64,000 nt of DNA. Origin: Dimorphilus gyrociliatus (lineage: Eukaryota > Animalia > Annelida). The notes beneath the pieces were generated by a model. That model was not told where the DNA came from, did no database searches, and worked only from the letters and a program-made list of their open reading frames with translations. The position numbers were made by a program, and so were the translations under genes. Where the stretch lies: contig CAJFCJ010000027.1 of the NCBI GenBank assembly GCA_904063045.1, positions 598,882 to 662,881 on the forward strand, given 5' to 3'. Below are positions 62,601-64,000 of the stretch, piece after piece. Numbering within the stretch: the stretch's first letter is position 1; each line of letters opens with the position of its first letter.

Positions 62601-64000
62601 CTCTTGCATAGGAAATGCTAGATGTTTGACTTTGGGTAGAAGAATCAGATGCCAATGTAAGAAGGGATTCAGATACAACGCCAAATCTGGCTGCGTTAAA
62701 TACGGAAAGAACCCATGCTTGAAGAGACCATGCAAAAAATCCAGATGCATCAGAAGAGGTATCACTGGATACAAATGTTTATGTAGACCAGGATTCATTT
62801 ATCGCGGAGCTAAAGGCTGTGTGAAATATAATCCATGTGCCAAGAACCCATGTAAGAAAACTAAATGTGTGAGAAGAGGAAGATTCGGTTACAGATGTCT
62901 CTGTAAGAGAGGATTCAGATACAACAGAAAAAGGGATGCGTTAAATACACAAGACCAAACCCATGTTTGAAGAAACCATGCAAGGGTGCAAGATGCATGA
63001 GAAGAGGCATTTTCGGATACAGATGTGTATGCAAGAAGGGATTCAGATACAACAGAAGAAAGGGATGTATCAAGATGACCAAACCAGTCAACTTGTGCAA
63101 GAAGAACTCTTGCATAGGAAATGCTAGATGTTTGACTTTGGGAGAAGAATCAGATGCCAATGTAAGAAGGGATTCAGATACAACGCCAAATCTGGCTGCG
63201 TTAAATACGGAAAGAACCCATGCTTGAAGAAACCATGCAAAGGAACAAGATGCATGAGAAGAGGACTCTTCGGTTACAGATGCGTCTGTAAGAGAGGATT
63301 CAGATACAACTCAAGAAAGGGATGTGTTAAATACAACCCATGCTTGAGAAGACCATGCAAGGGAGCTAAATGCTCACACGTGGAAAATTCGGTTACAAAT
63401 GTACTTGCAAGAAGGGATTATTCTAAATATGCCGACTTGGATGTATCAAGGGCAACCCATGTTTGAGAAGACCATGCAAAGGAAGCAAATGTGTAAGAAA
63501 AGGATTGTTTGGATACAGATGTCTTTGTAAAAAGGGATTCGTCTACAACAGAGAAGAGGTTGTATCAAATTGAACAGACGCAATCCATGTTTGAAGAGAC
63601 CATGCAAGGGAGCTAGATGTGTGAGAGAGAGGACTCTTCGGATACAGATGCTTGTGCAAGAGAGGATTCAGATACAACAGCAGAAAGGGATGTGTTAAAT
63701 AACAAACCAAACCATGTGCAAAAAGACCATGTAAGAGCGCTAGATGTGTGAGACGTGGTCCTTTCGGATTCACCTGTTTGTGTAAGAAGGGATTCTACTA
63801 TCAACCAAGAAGAGGATGCTTGAAATACGGCAAGGTCAATCCATGTGCCAAGAAGCCATGTTTGAAATCTAGATGTCAAAGAAGAGGCCGTTCTGGATAC
63901 AGATGCGTCTGCAAAAAGGGATTCTTCTACAACCGCAAGAGAGGAGTATGAAATTCAACCCCTGCCGTAGAAGACCATGCGGAAAAGTTGCCAGATGTGT
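56673..64000 (+). CDS. Giant secreted cationic protein: signal peptide, K/R/Y/G repeat region, EGF, vWA x2, beta/gamma-crystallin x3, about 20 basic EGF repeats (3'-truncated; apparent frameshifts after 61370)
   Basis: Signal MLPIPRLCLILLLAATAG. Exons 56673-56983, 57078-57617, 57694-57915, 57999-58983, 59051-59294, 59394-60521, 60589-61496 and ~61570 onward. vWA DIVFVMDSSGS and DILFVLDASGS; crystallin GVVFYSEENFKG...DDKVSSIR; NPCLKKPCKGARC repeats. Confidence 0.9.
61570..64000 (+). repeat. Coding tandem array of about 120-bp EGF-like units (about 20 copies)
   Basis: Recurring aacccatgYttgaagaRaccatgcaaggg...agatacaac...aagggatgtgtNaaatac. A near-identical block of about 300 bp occurs at 62425-62725 and 62931-63229. 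Confidence 0.92.

Noticed and set aside
56709-63879. Many overlapping antisense and alternative-frame ORFs (e.g. 60980-61789 minus, 62382-62798 minus, 59178-59759 plus)
   Set aside because: They are by-products of the biased codon usage and repeats of the sense gene; no independent splice or domain evidence.
61370-63950. Programmed ribosomal frameshifting as the explanation for frame changes
   Set aside because: Too many events, all in the same direction, with no slippery-site or pseudoknot pattern; assembly error is far more parsimonious.
61570-64000. Regular ~120-bp repeat as a CRISPR array or non-coding satellite
   Set aside because: Units are in-frame EGF codons without unique spacers, in a eukaryotic context.
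51227-64000. Functional link between the SLC16 carrier (possible Tyr/DOPA supply) and the Tyr-rich secreted protein
   Set aside because: Adjacency only; substrate unknown and eukaryotic neighbours are rarely co-functional.

Overview
AT-rich, intron-containing metazoan genomic DNA with many 45-100 nt GT-AG introns. The gene content looks lophotrochozoan; a compact annelid genome such as Dimorphilus is plausible, but that is inference only. By hand splicing I reconstruct 13 host genes: a cappuccino/FMN-type formin (5'-truncated), a PP2A B55 subunit, a tetraspanin, a single-domain rhodanese, an RDH-type SDR, two tandem claudin/PMP22-like genes, a short plakin-like gene, a CUB-LDLa membrane protein, a divergent Slo/BK channel, a GPI-type FN2-kringle-F5/8-EGF-TSP1-Ly6 mosaic protein, an SLC16 transporter and a giant secreted protein (3'-truncated). 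There is also one orphan ORF, a complete IR/DR Tc1-like transposon with DD35E spacing, and a decayed BEL/Pao LTR-retrotransposon fragment. No rRNA, tRNA or CRISPR array was seen. The most striking item is the secreted gene at 56673 to the window end. It combines a novel Lys/Arg/Tyr/Gly beta-hairpin repeat, two MIDAS-intact vWA domains, three beta/gamma-crystallin domains with an acidic tract and about 20 extremely cationic EGF repeats, making it a candidate bioadhesive or cocoon protein. Other highlights are recurring TA-CWG-TA motifs in (TA)n context that match predicted excision footprints of the resident Tc1 element, and a Slo paralog that has lost the Ca2+ bowl, the Mg2+ site and the S4 R213 charge. 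All homology calls are from motif recognition, not database searches.
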